Of a stretch of 32,000 nt of DNA, positions 1 through 10,071 are shown piece by piece (position 1 is the first letter of the stretch; each line of letters begins with the position of its first letter). The stretch covers positions 90,001-122,000 of the forward strand of contig NZ_AP028907.1 in assembly GCF_036323395.1 (NCBI RefSeq). The letters run 5' to 3'. This DNA is from Pyrodictium abyssi. GTDB lineage: Archaea > Thermoproteota > Thermoprotei_A > Sulfolobales > Pyrodictiaceae. Position numbers and translations under genes: made by a program. The notes under the pieces were generated by a model. That model was not told where the DNA came from, did no database searches, and worked only from the letters and a program-made list of their open reading frames with translations.

Positions 1-507
1 CTGCTCCATGCACTCCCGGCTGGGGCTCCAGTAGACCTCTATGTAGCGGCGCTTCTGGGCGAGTTCTGCCCGGAAGCCCTCGAGCCCCGTCATAGCCTCG
101 GCGATGCCCGGCGGCGCCCGGGTGAGCCGGTAGAGCTTCTCGCTGCAGGGAGTAGAAGCCACCTCCTCTAGGAGAGGCTCCAGCTTCTCGAGCGGCTCAC
201 CCACCTCGATGTAGTCCAGGCCCAGTTTCTCGTCGAAGCCGGTGGCCCGCGTTAAGACGCCGGGCGTAGCGTATACAGCGCCGCCTGCCTCGACAATGGC
301 TATGAACGGTTCCTGGTCTAGGCCTAGGCTCCTTCTTAGCGCAAGCACCTCCTCTATGGTCTTAGCAGTCACCGGGACAACGAGGAAGCCGAGCATCCGG
401 AGCAGGCGGGCATAGTACGCGTTGTCCCCGATTCTGCCGTCGTAGCTCATCATGCTCCCGTCGAGGTCTGTGAGCACCAGCCGCCTAGGCTGCCAGAGGG
501 TCGGCAT
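1..507 (-). CDS. mpgP: Mannosyl-3-phosphoglycerate phosphatase, HAD family (partial, runs off left edge)
   Basis: Minus-strand frame from ATG at 507 reads MPTLWQPRRLVLTDLDGSMMSYDG...IAIVEAGGAVYAT..., a HAD motif I (DLDGS) plus MPGP-like sequence; directly downstream of mpgS. Confidence 0.85.
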   Translation of the reverse strand, partial: MPTLWQPRRLVLTDLDGSMMSYDGRIGDNAYYARLLRMLGFLVVPVTAKTIEEVLALRRSLGLDQEPFIAIVEAGGAVYATPGVLTRATGFDEKLGLDYIEVGEPLEKLEPLLEEVASTPCSEKLYRLTRAPPGIAEAMTGLEGFRAELAQKRRYIEVYWSPSRECMEQ

Positions 508-535
508 ACCGCTGCCCCGCGTGTAGAGTCACAGA

Positions 536-1702
536 CTACTTGAAGTAGTGTGCCATCTGGCTCTCGGCTAGTAGTGTCGAGAGCGTCTTATCCGGGTCTA
601 TGCCCTCGAGGCTGTACACTCTCGGCTTGGGCGGCTCGCCCTCGTAGCTGTAGTCCTTGAGAAGGCCCAGTATCCTTTCACGGACCTCCTCGTCAGAGCC
701 GAGCCTGGAGTGGTACACCGTGCCCAGGCTCTCAGCCAGCATCCCTGCTATGTGCTCGTCCCCGCGCTCAGCGTGTATGTGGGGGTTACGCGCCTCTATC
801 TGGAGTATGTTGACGCCCTCGGGTAGGAGGCGGCAAGAGCCTCCCTCTAGGCCTAGGAAGCAGTCCTCAAGGAGCTGGACTATCTGGTATGGCTCTACGG
901 CGAAGCCGCCCGCCCAGCGCATGCGGAGCGCGAGGTCAATGCTCATTGCGTGCTCGCCACTGTTAGCTGTTCGTACTATGTCCGTCTCGACCCGGCGTAT
1001 CCTCGAAAGAGCGTAGTTAATCACGCTGTTGGTGTGCATTGAGACTCTGCCGCGCTTCCTCAGGTACATGTCCGAGGAGGCTAGCTTGCCCTTGTAGTGC
1101 CACACTATCCTTACCATCGTGTAGGGAGACTCCGAGAGCGAGAAGCCCGCGTAGTATATCTTACTGTACTCGTTAGCGGCGCCCGGCACGTAGTTGTCGC
1201 TGTCTATGAAGCCCACATAGCGGGCGCCTATCCCGGCTGCCGCGAGGACCCCGAGTATCATGCCCTCGCCCTTACCGCTCCTCACAGCACCGCCGCTCAG
1301 CATGTCTTCGAGAGGTGTGCCAGCCAGCACCTCGGCCCACGCTGGGTCGCGCTGGTGTATGACGAGTATCTCTCGGCCAGTGACACTATGCAGAGTACGG
1401 GCCAGCTCCACTTCACGGCTATACACGTCTACCGGGGAGACCTGAGAGGCGGAGACGAGGACTATGGGCGATGCGTGCGGTATAGCACGGAGGACCCCCT
1501 CGAGCGTTATGAGCTCCTCGTCTTTCACCGGCACGACTATGGCCGTGGACGCTGCGTACTCTTCCATCGTCTCGTAGTCAAGCGTGTGGGTCCCAGACGG
1601 CTTCGACGACATGCCCAGAGAGTCTAGCTCTAGGACCCTCGACAGCTCGAATATCTTGACCGCGCCGTAAGCCTCGAACCTTGTAGGCAGACTGATCATC
1701 AA
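536..1702 (-). CDS. mpgS: Mannosyl-3-phosphoglycerate synthase (GT55-like); likely start is the ATG at 1699, behind a GGAGGTG-type SD
   Basis: 388 aa ORF with GKGEGMILGVLAAAGIGARYVGFIDSDNYVPGAANEYSKIYYAGF, typical of MpgS. Confidence 0.93.
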   Translation of the reverse strand: MMISLPTRFEAYGAVKIFELSRVLELDSLGMSSKPSGTHTLDYETMEEYAASTAIVVPVKDEELITLEGVLRAIPHASPIVLVSASQVSPVDVYSREVELARTLHSVTGREILVIHQRDPAWAEVLAGTPLEDMLSGGAVRSGKGEGMILGVLAAAGIGARYVGFIDSDNYVPGAANEYSKIYYAGFSLSESPYTMVRIVWHYKGKLASSDMYLRKRGRVSMHTNSVINYALSRIRRVETDIVRTANSGEHAMSIDLALRMRWAGGFAVEPYQIVQLLEDCFLGLEGGSCRLLPEGVNILQIEARNPHIHAERGDEHIAGMLAESLGTVYHSRLGSDEEVRERILGLLKDYSYEGEPPKPRVYSLEGIDPDKTLSTLLAESQMAHYFK

Positions 1703-1979
1703 AGCTGCTCTGCACCTCCTAGCCTACTTGCTGTAAAGGGGTGATAGCAGCTAGGCTCAAGCCCTCTGCTACTCCCAAGTGGTCATCATCCGGGCGTGGG
1801 CGTCTAAGAGAGCCTGCATAAGAGGGGCTTGGTACTGCCCGCCCGTAGATCTCCCCAATCCTAAATTATATTGATTCCTCTCGTCTCAGTGCCGAGGCTG
1901 CATAAGGACAGCCCATAGGGGCTAAGGGCTCGTGGCTACGAGGAGAAACCCGTGTATAGGCGGCACCCGGGTTGACGGG

Positions 1980-2822
1980 CTAGCGCTTGAGTTCCTCGAG
2001 CAGTGCCTCGGCTAGCCTCTTTGCTGGGTTTATCCCGGTGGCCCGGTAGAATCCCTTGAACTCTGGTACGCCGTTGACCTCGTTTACTAGGTAGCCTTTC
2101 TCCCTGGTCTCGAACACGTCTATGGAGACGAAGAACCCCTTAACGGCGGCCGCCGCCCTTAGCACCATATCCTCTAGCGCGGGGTTTGCGGGGTAGGCCT
2201 CTGTCTTTGCACCTAGGGCTACGTTGCTCCTCCACTCGCCGTTCTGTGCTATCCTCCGGATACAGCCCAGCATGGTGCCAGCCACTACTATGCAGCGTAT
2301 ATCGCTGTTCCCTGTCTCGAGGTACTCCTGGACTATCATTGAGCGTGTCTGGCTGCATGGGAGCCGCTGCCTCATGTTGGCTAGCTGTTCGAGTTCCTCC
2401 GGGCTATCTGCGCGCGAGACCAGGCGGCCCCAGCTGCCGACAGGCGCCTTGACTACTACCGGGTAGCCCAGCTTGCTGGCCGCCTCTAGCGCCGCTTCCA
2501 CGTCCGCAGCGTAGAAGCTCCTGGGTATCGGTATTCGTGCTGCCGCGAGACGCGCGTATGCTAATAGCTTGTCGCCAGCTATCATTATCGTCTCTGACTG
2601 GTTTACAGTGAATACTCCTGCGGCCTCGAAGCTAGCCGCAGTGTAGGCCGCGCGGTACATGCTTATGGGCCTTATAACCGCCGCGTCGAGCCCGTCGCTC
2701 CCAAGCTCTAGGGCCCTTGAGCGCACGTTGAACAGCCTTGCGTCCATGTATTCTCCGAGCGTCTTTAGCAGCATCTGTTCCTCCTGGCGTACTACGTCCA
2801 CTACTACTGCTACGCGTAGCAC
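1980..2822 (-). CDS. argX: ATP-grasp amino-acid carrier-protein ligase, LysX/ArgX family; ArgX (glutamate-LysW ligase) suggested by arginine-gene context
   Basis: 280 aa RimK/LysX-like ORF (VNQSETIMIAGDKLLAYARLAAARIPIPRSF...YPVVVKAPVGSWGR...YLVNEVNGVPEFKGF), 5 nt downstream of carB. Confidence 0.82.
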   Translation of the reverse strand: MLRVAVVVDVVRQEEQMLLKTLGEYMDARLFNVRSRALELGSDGLDAAVIRPISMYRAAYTAASFEAAGVFTVNQSETIMIAGDKLLAYARLAAARIPIPRSFYAADVEAALEAASKLGYPVVVKAPVGSWGRLVSRADSPEELEQLANMRQRLPCSQTRSMIVQEYLETGNSDIRCIVVAGTMLGCIRRIAQNGEWRSNVALGAKTEAYPANPALEDMVLRAAAAVKGFFVSIDVFETREKGYLVNEVNGVPEFKGFYRATGINPAKRLAEALLEELKR

Positions 2823-2827
2823 CGTGG

Positions 2828-5800
2828 CTAGAACACCTCCACGCCAGGGCCCCAGTAGTCGCGCAGCTCGAGGGCCTCGAGGTCCTCTACGCTGAGCCTG
2901 CTGATGGCTTCGGCTAGCATTCTTGCAAGCCTAGCGTCGAGGACCACGGGCACACCTAGGTCTACTGCTAGGCGGCGTAGGCTGTAGTCGCGCTCCGGGG
3001 CATAGTCAGTCGTCATCACTATGCCTATGCCGCCCTCCCTTATGAGGCGCAGCGCCTGCTCCACCGGCAAGGGCTCCACGCCGTCAGCCTCCATGCCTTC
3101 TACGGTGTACACTCTGTAGCCTTTCTCCGCCATCAGCTGCGCTGCTCTTGCTAGCTCGCTGCGGCCCCGGCCGGTAGGCGTGTAGACAAGGACAATGCTG
3201 TCGAGTGGCGGTATCCTGTTGCCCTGAACGCTTAGCCAACTCTTGAGCAGGGCCTCGTGCATTGTGCGGCCTAGTGCTGCTACCTCGCCGGTGCTCCTCA
3301 TCTCGGGGCCTAGGCCCGGGTAGGCGCCCTTCAGCCTCTGCCAGCTCGGCTGGGGGCTCTTTACGCCCCACCAGCTGCCGGGCTTTAGCAGCCTGAAGCC
3401 CTTGTCGCCGTTAAAGCCGTAGCTTATTCTGCCCTTTAGGGCTGCTTCGGCTGCTGCGCGCATGAGGTTGTAGCCGGTGACCTTGCTCGTGAATGGCATT
3501 GAGCGGCTGGCACGCAGGTTGAGCTCAACCACGTAGACGCCGCCGTTCTTCACGAGGAACTGTATGTTGAATGGCCCCTTTATCTCCAGGGCCTCGTTTA
3601 GCGTCTCAGCTATCCTCGTCATCTCGCGCACCGCGGTCTCGGGTATGCTGAACCAGGGGAGGACCATAGTGGAGTCGCCGCTGTGCACGCCGCCGGGCTC
3701 GATGTGCTCGATCACCGCGCCTACTGCGCGGCGGCTGTCACCTACAGCGTCTATTTCTGCCTCTACAGCGTCCTCGAGGAACTTGGACACGACGACAGGG
3801 TAGCGTGGCGACACCTTAGCAGCCTGCTCTATGTAGCTCTTTAGCTCCTCTGGGCTCCACGCTATCTTCATAGCTGAGCCGCTTAGCACGTAGCTGGGCC
3901 TCACTAGGACGGGATAGCCCACCTCCTCGGCGAAGCGTAGCGCCTCCTTGATGCTAGTGGCCGCTGTCCAGCTTGGTTGCTTTATGCCGAGCTCCTCGAG
4001 GAGCTGGGAGAACCAGGCGCGGTTCTCAGCACGGTCCACGCTGCGGCCGGGTGTGCCGAGAAGCCTTACACCGCGCTCTTCTAGGGGCTTTGCTAGGTTG
4101 TTTGCTATCTGGCCGCCCAGGAACGCTACTACGCCGACGGGCTTCTCGAACCTGTATATGTCGAGAACGCGCTCGAGGGTTAGCTCCTCGAAGTAGAGCT
4201 TGTCGTTCACGTCCCAGTCTGTGGACACGGTTTCGGGGTTGTAGTTTACGACTGCGACCTCGTAGCCGAGGCTGCGTGCTTCTTCGGCGAAGCTCACCAC
4301 CCCCCAGTCGAACTCGACCGAGACGCCGATGCGGAATACGCCTGCGCCTAGCACCATGAGCCTTGGCCGCCCGCTGGTTATAGGTTTATCGTCCTCATAC
4401 GCGTTGTAGCTCATGTAGAGGTAGTTTGTTGCTGCGGGCCACTCGGCGGCTAGGGTGTCTATCTGCCTTACATAGGGCCTCTCGAGGCCTATGCTGCGGC
4501 GTGCCCTCTCGACCTCCTCGACACTGGTGCCTGAGAGTAGTGCTACCTGCTCGTCGCTGAAGCCTAGCCGCTTAGCCTCGGCCAGGAGGTCGAGGAACTC
4601 CAGGCTCCCGGGCCGCGTGTGGCGCAGCTTCTCGGCCAGCTCTACTATCTCCCGTATCTGGTGTAGGAAGTACGGGTCTACACCGGTAGCTTCATACACC
4701 TTTTCGACTGTAGCGCCTAGTTTGAATGCCTTGGCGGCCCATATCGGCCAGTAGGGCTCGCGGCGGCGGAGCTTCTCCATCACCTTCTCTAGGCTCTCGG
4801 GCTCCTCGTAGCGCGGGCCTGCCACTACACCGGGCTCGCCTATATCTAGCATCCTTATAGCCTTCTGGAGCGCCTCGGCGAAGTTCCTGCCTATCGCCAT
4901 TACCTCTCCTATGCTCTTCATCTCGCTGCTTATACTCCTCTCGACATTCTCGAACTTCTCCAGGTCCCAGCGCGGCACTTTGACCACTACGTAGTCGAGG
5001 CTCGGCTCGAAGCAGGCACACGTCCTACCGGTGACACGGTTCAGTAGCTCGTCGAGCCGGTAGCCGAGTGCCAGCTTCGCAGCAATGTATGCCAAGGGGT
5101 ATCCCGTAGCCTTGCTGGCTAGGGCGCTGCTACGGCTCATACGCGGGTTGGTCTCTATGACGTAGTACTCCCAGCTGTCGCGGGGGTTGAAGGCGAGCTG
5201 TACGTTACCCTCGCCGATCAGGCTTATGGACTCTGCTACGCGTAGGCTCGCCTCGCGGAGGAGCTGGTACTCCTGGTCTGTGAGTGTCTGGCAGGGGGCT
5301 ATCACCACGGACTCTCCGGTGTGCACACCCATCGGGTCGGCGTTCTCGAGGCAGGCCACGGCTACCATGTTGCCGTACTGGTCGCGCACCACCTCGTACT
5401 CTATCTCCTTCCAGTGGTGGAGATACTTCTCCACGAGCACCTCGCCGGAGCCCGAGAGCGCGAAGGCGCGGACGAGCCAGCGCTCTAGCTCCTCACGGCT
5501 CCATGCCACTAGGCTTCCGCCGCCGCCGAGGTTGAAGCTTACACGGACTATGACGGGGTAGCCTATCTCGTCGGCAGCCCGTAGCGCTTCCTCGACACTC
5601 GTAGCCGGGACACTCGGCGGTATAGGCAGCCCCGCCTTCATCATGGTCTCGCGGAACCTTCCACGGGAAAGCGCCCTCTCTATACCGTCTATCGGAGTCC
5701 CGAGGACACGGATACCGTAGCGCGCTAGGACGCCACGGTAGTGGAGATCGACGCCTAGGCTTAGGGCTGTCTGGCCGCCGAAGCCCAGCATTATCGCGTC

Positions 5801-6049
5801 CGGGCGCTCGCGCTCGATGACCTTCTCCACGAACCATGGCTGGAGTGGGCCCAGGTACACGTGGTCAGCGAGCTTGTAGCTCGTCTGAATGGTGGCCACG
5901 TTGGGATTAATCAGTACCGTTTCTATGCCCTCTTCCCTCAGCGCCTTTAGGGCCTGGCTACCGCTATAGTCGAACTCTGCCGCCTCTGCTATCTTTATAG
6001 CCCCGCTGCCTAGGACGAGGACCTTCCTAACGTCTATCCTCTTCGGCAT
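2828..6049 (-). CDS. carB: Carbamoyl-phosphate synthase large subunit
   Basis: 1073 aa; KVLVLGSGAIKIAEAAEFDYSGSQALKALREEGIETVLINPNVATIQTS and duplicated ATP-grasp halves. Confidence 0.98.
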   Translation of the reverse strand: MPKRIDVRKVLVLGSGAIKIAEAAEFDYSGSQALKALREEGIETVLINPNVATIQTSYKLADHVYLGPLQPWFVEKVIERERPDAIMLGFGGQTALSLGVDLHYRGVLARYGIRVLGTPIDGIERALSRGRFRETMMKAGLPIPPSVPATSVEEALRAADEIGYPVIVRVSFNLGGGGSLVAWSREELERWLVRAFALSGSGEVLVEKYLHHWKEIEYEVVRDQYGNMVAVACLENADPMGVHTGESVVIAPCQTLTDQEYQLLREASLRVAESISLIGEGNVQLAFNPRDSWEYYVIETNPRMSRSSALASKATGYPLAYIAAKLALGYRLDELLNRVTGRTCACFEPSLDYVVVKVPRWDLEKFENVERSISSEMKSIGEVMAIGRNFAEALQKAIRMLDIGEPGVVAGPRYEEPESLEKVMEKLRRREPYWPIWAAKAFKLGATVEKVYEATGVDPYFLHQIREIVELAEKLRHTRPGSLEFLDLLAEAKRLGFSDEQVALLSGTSVEEVERARRSIGLERPYVRQIDTLAAEWPAATNYLYMSYNAYEDDKPITSGRPRLMVLGAGVFRIGVSVEFDWGVVSFAEEARSLGYEVAVVNYNPETVSTDWDVNDKLYFEELTLERVLDIYRFEKPVGVVAFLGGQIANNLAKPLEERGVRLLGTPGRSVDRAENRAWFSQLLEELGIKQPSWTAATSIKEALRFAEEVGYPVLVRPSYVLSGSAMKIAWSPEELKSYIEQAAKVSPRYPVVVSKFLEDAVEAEIDAVGDSRRAVGAVIEHIEPGGVHSGDSTMVLPWFSIPETAVREMTRIAETLNEALEIKGPFNIQFLVKNGGVYVVELNLRASRSMPFTSKVTGYNLMRAAAEAALKGRISYGFNGDKGFRLLKPGSWWGVKSPQPSWQRLKGAYPGLGPEMRSTGEVAALGRTMHEALLKSWLSVQGNRIPPLDSIVLVYTPTGRGRSELARAAQLMAEKGYRVYTVEGMEADGVEPLPVEQALRLIREGGIGIVMTTDYAPERDYSLRRLAVDLGVPVVLDARLARMLAEAISRLSVEDLEALELRDYWGPGVEVF

Positions 6050-6088
6050 ATTCTTCTAACCCCCGCTGCCGCTTCGTCTATCAATCCT

Positions 6089-7276
6089 CTACCTTGTCTT
6101 GGTCTTCTCAATGAGCTTCAGGAACATGTCAAATACCCATGTGGAGTCCCAGGGGCCTGGGCCAGCTTCTGGGTGGAACTGGGTAGCCAGTACTAGCCCG
6201 TCGCGCGACCGTACACCCTCGAGCGTGCCGTCGTCCGGCTGGCGGAACCACGGCACGAGCCCCGTCCCGTCCAGGCTATCCCAGTCGACCGCGTAGCCGT
6301 GGTTGTGCGTCGTCACCATGCAGCGGTTCGCGCCGAGCTCGACCACGGGCTTGTTGACCCCACGGTGGCCGTAGGGGAGCTTGTAGGTACGGGCGCCAAG
6401 GCCTAGGGTTAGGAGCTGCATCCCAAGGCATATGGCTAGCACGGGCTTCCCCGACGTGGCGACCTCCGCTGCTACGCGGGCCTGGTCGCGTAGGAGGACG
6501 GGGTTGCCGGGGCCGTTGCTCAGCACCACTGCGTCGTAGCCGTCTAGCAGCTGCCAGGCTGGGGTCGTGCAGGGGTAGCGGGTCACCTCGACGCCACGCT
6601 CGAGGAGGCGGCGGAGGATGCCGTACTTTATGCCGCAGTCTAGTATCGCTACGCGCGCCCTAACCCTGCCCTCAGGCCGGTGTGTTATCGGCTCGCGGGG
6701 GCTGACCTCTAGCGCGAACACCCTCTCGTCGTAAGTCTTCGACGAGGCTAGCTTCCTGGCTAGCTCGTCCCAGCTCGGCGGCTCCTCGTCCTCCCCGTAG
6801 ACCGACAGTATGCCCATGACTACGCCGTGCTCGCGTATCCTCTTTACGAGCATCCTAGTGTCTACACGGTATATGCCCGGCACACCCTCGCTCCTCAGCC
6901 ACTCGTGTAGCGACATTGAGGAGGCGTAGTGGCTTGGCCGCGGCAGCTCCGCCACTACGAAGCCCTCCACCTGTATACGGTCGGACTCGTAGTCCTGGAG
7001 GATGCCGTGGAACAGCCTGCTCTTGCTCGGGACGCCGTAGTTCCCCATCATGGGATGCGTCTCTACGAGTATCTGGCCGCGGTAGCTCGGATCGGTGAGG
7101 CTCTCCGGGTACCCAGTCATAGCAGTGGTGAAGACGACCTCGCCTACACGGGTCGTCTCTGCACCGAACCCGCAGCCCTCGACACCGACACCGTCGGCTA
7201 GCAGGAGCCTCGCACGTAGCCCTGTCCGGCACCTCAGCAGGGGCATCCGGTAGACCTTTATCTCGACTATTTGCAT
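6089..7276 (-). CDS. carA: Carbamoyl-phosphate synthase small subunit (glutaminase)
   Basis: 395 aa; VFTTAMTGYPESLTDPSYRGQILV and class I amidotransferase motif GKPVLAICLGMQLL...QFHPEAGPGP. Confidence 0.97.
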   Translation of the reverse strand: MQIVEIKVYRMPLLRCRTGLRARLLLADGVGVEGCGFGAETTRVGEVVFTTAMTGYPESLTDPSYRGQILVETHPMMGNYGVPSKSRLFHGILQDYESDRIQVEGFVVAELPRPSHYASSMSLHEWLRSEGVPGIYRVDTRMLVKRIREHGVVMGILSVYGEDEEPPSWDELARKLASSKTYDERVFALEVSPREPITHRPEGRVRARVAILDCGIKYGILRRLLERGVEVTRYPCTTPAWQLLDGYDAVVLSNGPGNPVLLRDQARVAAEVATSGKPVLAICLGMQLLTLGLGARTYKLPYGHRGVNKPVVELGANRCMVTTHNHGYAVDWDSLDGTGLVPWFRQPDDGTLEGVRSRDGLVLATQFHPEAGPGPWDSTWVFDMFLKLIEKTKTR

Positions 7277-8664
7277 AGGTTGGCCACCTCCTCGGCCTTC
7301 TTTACGAGGCTCTCGCGTGTACCGTTGAGGCGCGCCACGAGCTTCTCGAGGAGCTCCCTGTCGCGGGCTAGGCGCTCCCGCGCCGGGCCGGTGCCAGGCC
7401 CGGCGCGGCAGCCAGTATGCCTCATCGAGACAAGCTCCAGGGGGCTGTCTACCCCCAGCCTCCTGAGCAGCTCCCCGGCCTCGCCGCCGCGGAGCGCGGA
7501 GGCGGCCTCGCGGTAGGTCTCGCGGAGGGGCTTCCCGCTGCGGAGCGCGAGGAGCTCCGCTAGCTCAGCCCCCCACGCGGTGTAGCTCTCTGCTAGCCTG
7601 CGGAGCCTCTCTACGTCGAACTCTAGCCCCGAGAAGAGGTCCGCGAGGACACGGCTGGCCTCGACGACGTCGCGTAGGAGCGTGTAGAGTAGCGGGTTAG
7701 CCTCCTGCAGGTCGAGGTTGTAGCCGTAGGGGAGGCCTTTCTGGACCGCTAGGAGGCCGGCGGCGAGGCCCGCTGCGCGGGCGGCTCGGGCGCGGAGCAC
7801 CTCCAGGGTGACCGGGTTCCTCTTATGGGGCATTATGCTGCTCGTAGCCACGTGGCTGTCGGGTATACGGGCGGCCGCCACGTAGGGGCTAGAGAGCATT
7901 ATGAGGTCGCCGGCTATGCGCGAGGCCTCGGTCAGCACTGCGGCCGCAGCTAGAGCCGCAGCTGTGACGTCTAGCCTGCTTCCCGCCGCGTAGAGGCTGC
8001 TCTCGATCACCCCGCTGAAGCCGGCTAGCTTGGCGAGTTCCGCCGGGTCTATGTCAGCTAGGGTGCCAGCTCCTGCGCTTGCCCCGAGGGGGCTCCGGTC
8101 GACGAGGTCTACCGTGCTGTGGAGCAGCTGGTAGGCTGATGCCAGCGCCTTCTCCCATGCTAGGAGGAGGCACTCGAGCGTCGCGAGCTGGCTGGGCTGC
8201 TGGTGTGTGTGGAAGAGAACGGGGACTCCATGGTACTTCTCGGCTAGCTCGAGGAGGCGGAGGCGGGCGCGGAGGAGCCAGTCGAGCGCCTCGGCTAGGC
8301 GCTCTAGGGTGTATAGGCGGAGGGCGGCTGAGACATGATCGTTGCGGCTCCTCCCTATCCAGATGTAGGCCGAGGCGCCCCCGGTCTTTGAGGCCAGCCA
8401 GTCCTCGAGTGCCTCGAATACGTCCTCGTAGCCCGGCTTCAGCAGCTCGCTGGGCTTCTTGCCGAGGGCTTCTAGGAGGGAGCGTAACGTGGAGCATGCA
8501 GCGTCGCGGGGGATAAGCCCGCGTTCTGCTAGGTGGAGGGTATGGGCGATGAGAACACGGACGACGTACGGGTATATCTCGTCATCGTGGCCGAGGCTAG
8601 TGGTGTACTCGTAGACGAGCTGCGGGTCCCCGCCGATGCCGACGGCCTCCCGGTACCTCGGCAA
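7267..8664 (-). CDS. argH: Argininosuccinate lyase
   Basis: 465 aa; signature SSIMPHKRNPVTLEVLRARAARA; overlaps carA start. Confidence 0.97.
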   Translation of the reverse strand: MPRYREAVGIGGDPQLVYEYTTSLGHDDEIYPYVVRVLIAHTLHLAERGLIPRDAACSTLRSLLEALGKKPSELLKPGYEDVFEALEDWLASKTGGASAYIWIGRSRNDHVSAALRLYTLERLAEALDWLLRARLRLLELAEKYHGVPVLFHTHQQPSQLATLECLLLAWEKALASAYQLLHSTVDLVDRSPLGASAGAGTLADIDPAELAKLAGFSGVIESSLYAAGSRLDVTAAALAAAAVLTEASRIAGDLIMLSSPYVAAARIPDSHVATSSIMPHKRNPVTLEVLRARAARAAGLAAGLLAVQKGLPYGYNLDLQEANPLLYTLLRDVVEASRVLADLFSGLEFDVERLRRLAESYTAWGAELAELLALRSGKPLRETYREAASALRGGEAGELLRRLGVDSPLELVSMRHTGCRAGPGTGPARERLARDRELLEKLVARLNGTRESLVKKAEEVANLCK

Positions 8665-8741
8665 TAACCCACCATCCTCCCGCCGCTGTTACCCCCTTAT
8701 CAACCCGCTGGCTCCCTGGGGCCGCCCGGGCCCTCTGCCTC

Positions 8742-9959
8742 TTAGCCGCGTAGGCCACGGGCCTTGGCTGCTGCGAGGCTGTGGAGGCTCCATATCGTTA
8801 TGAAGCCGCGGGCTTCCTCGTCGCTCGGATACCAGCCGTGGTTGTAGTCTATCGTCTCGCGGCTGTAGCTGCTGTAGGGGCTCCAGCGGCCGACTACGCG
8901 GAGGCTACCCTTGTAGACCTTGACCTTGACTACCCCGGTCACCCAGCGGTTAAGCTCGTCAATGGCTTTCTCTATGGTGGCGCGTAGGGGCTCTATCCAG
9001 AGGCCCTGGTAGACTAGGTCGCTCCACTCCTGGTCTAGGATCCTCTTGAACCTTAGCTCCTTCGGGGTGTATACGGTCTTTTCGAGGTCCTTGTGTGCCT
9101 CTATTAGTGTGAGCGCGGCAGGCGCCTCGTATACTTCCCTGCTCTTGAGCCCTACGACACGGTTCTCTATGTGGTCTACCCTGCCGTAGCCGTGAGCGCC
9201 TACGAGCCTATTCAGCATTGACACTATCTTCACGAGGTCCATTTTCTCCCCGTTGACGGACACCGGTATGCCCTTCTCGAAGCCTATCTCGAGGTAGAGT
9301 GGCTGGTCGGGAGCCTTCTCCGGGGCCACTGTCCAGGCGAACGCGTCCTCTGGGGGCTCTGTGAGAGGGTCGTCTAGGGGTCCTCCCTCGATGCTACGGC
9401 TCCACAGGTTCTCGTCTATGCTGTAGGTCTTGTGGCGCCCTGGCGGCTGGAACCCGTTCCTCCGCAGTATCTCAGCGGCCTGAGCACGGGTGAGCCCTAG
9501 CTCGCGAACCGGGGCGATAATCTTAATGTCGTCGCCTAGGTAGTACTTGAGCACCGTGTCGAACCTTACCTGGTCGTTGCCCTTCGAGGTGCACCCGTGG
9601 GCTACAGCGTCGGCGCCCTCCTTCTTGGCTATCTCCGCCACCTTCTCTGCTATTAGTGGCCGTGCCAGGGCCGTGCCCAGGGGGTACTTGTCCTCGTAGA
9701 GCCCATTAGCCTTGATAGCCATTGATACGTACTTCTCGGCAAACTCCTCGACAGCGTTTATAGTATAGTGCTTCGCGGCGCCCAGCTTGTAGGCCTTCTC
9801 CTCTATGCCCTCGAGCTCCTCCTCCTGGCCCACGGATACCGTGACTGTTATGACCTCGTGGCCCTGCTCGCGGAGAAGCGCAAGTATAGCCGATGTGTCA
9901 AGACCCCCCGAGTAAGCGAGCACAACCTTCAACGTTGCCGCCCCAGCCTGGTGGGACAC
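8742..9959 (-). CDS. argG: Argininosuccinate synthase (the true start may be the internal TTG giving [14 protein letters not shown])
   Basis: 405 aa; [28 protein letters not shown]. Confidence 0.97.
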   Translation of the reverse strand: MSHQAGAATLKVVLAYSGGLDTSAILALLREQGHEVITVTVSVGQEEELEGIEEKAYKLGAAKHYTINAVEEFAEKYVSMAIKANGLYEDKYPLGTALARPLIAEKVAEIAKKEGADAVAHGCTSKGNDQVRFDTVLKYYLGDDIKIIAPVRELGLTRAQAAEILRRNGFQPPGRHKTYSIDENLWSRSIEGGPLDDPLTEPPEDAFAWTVAPEKAPDQPLYLEIGFEKGIPVSVNGEKMDLVKIVSMLNRLVGAHGYGRVDHIENRVVGLKSREVYEAPAALTLIEAHKDLEKTVYTPKELRFKRILDQEWSDLVYQGLWIEPLRATIEKAIDELNRWVTGVVKVKVYKGSLRVVGRWSPYSSYSRETIDYNHGWYPSDEEARGFITIWSLHSLAAAKARGLRG

Positions 9960-9971
9960 TGGTACCAGCTG

Positions 9972-9979
9972 TTAAAACA
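9972..9979 (-). promoter_or_regulatory. Candidate TATA-like element of the argG-argH-carAB-argX transcription unit
   Basis: Minus strand reads GTGTTTTAAC about 15-20 bp upstream of the 9959 start (about 40 from the alternative TTG); AT-rich island in a GC-rich context. Confidence 0.35.
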
Positions 9980-10000
9980 CGTGTATCGTTCATTACACAT

Positions 10001-10014
10001 AGGAATATATTCCT
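10001..10014. promoter_or_regulatory. 14-bp perfect palindrome AGGAATATATTCCT between argG and the ACT-domain gene
   Basis: Sequence equals its reverse complement; sits in the divergent intergenic region. Confidence 0.5.
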
Positions 10015-10071
10015 CTTGCATCTGTTTCACAGAACACCAGATGTTACACAGCTGGCTAGGTGGCACAGACA

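Noticed and set aside
1784-1794. Minus-strand ATGATGA as possible C box of a C/D sRNA
   Set aside because: No D box (CTGA) or C'/D' pair found within an appropriate distance.
2140-6000. Numerous shadow ORFs (e.g. 2186..2452 +, 3084..3371 -, 4491..4754 +, 5187..5561 +, 5493..5837 -)
   Set aside because: All lie inside carB or the argX-like gene in other frames. Compositions are Arg/Ser/Pro-rich, typical of shifted reading in high-GC DNA.
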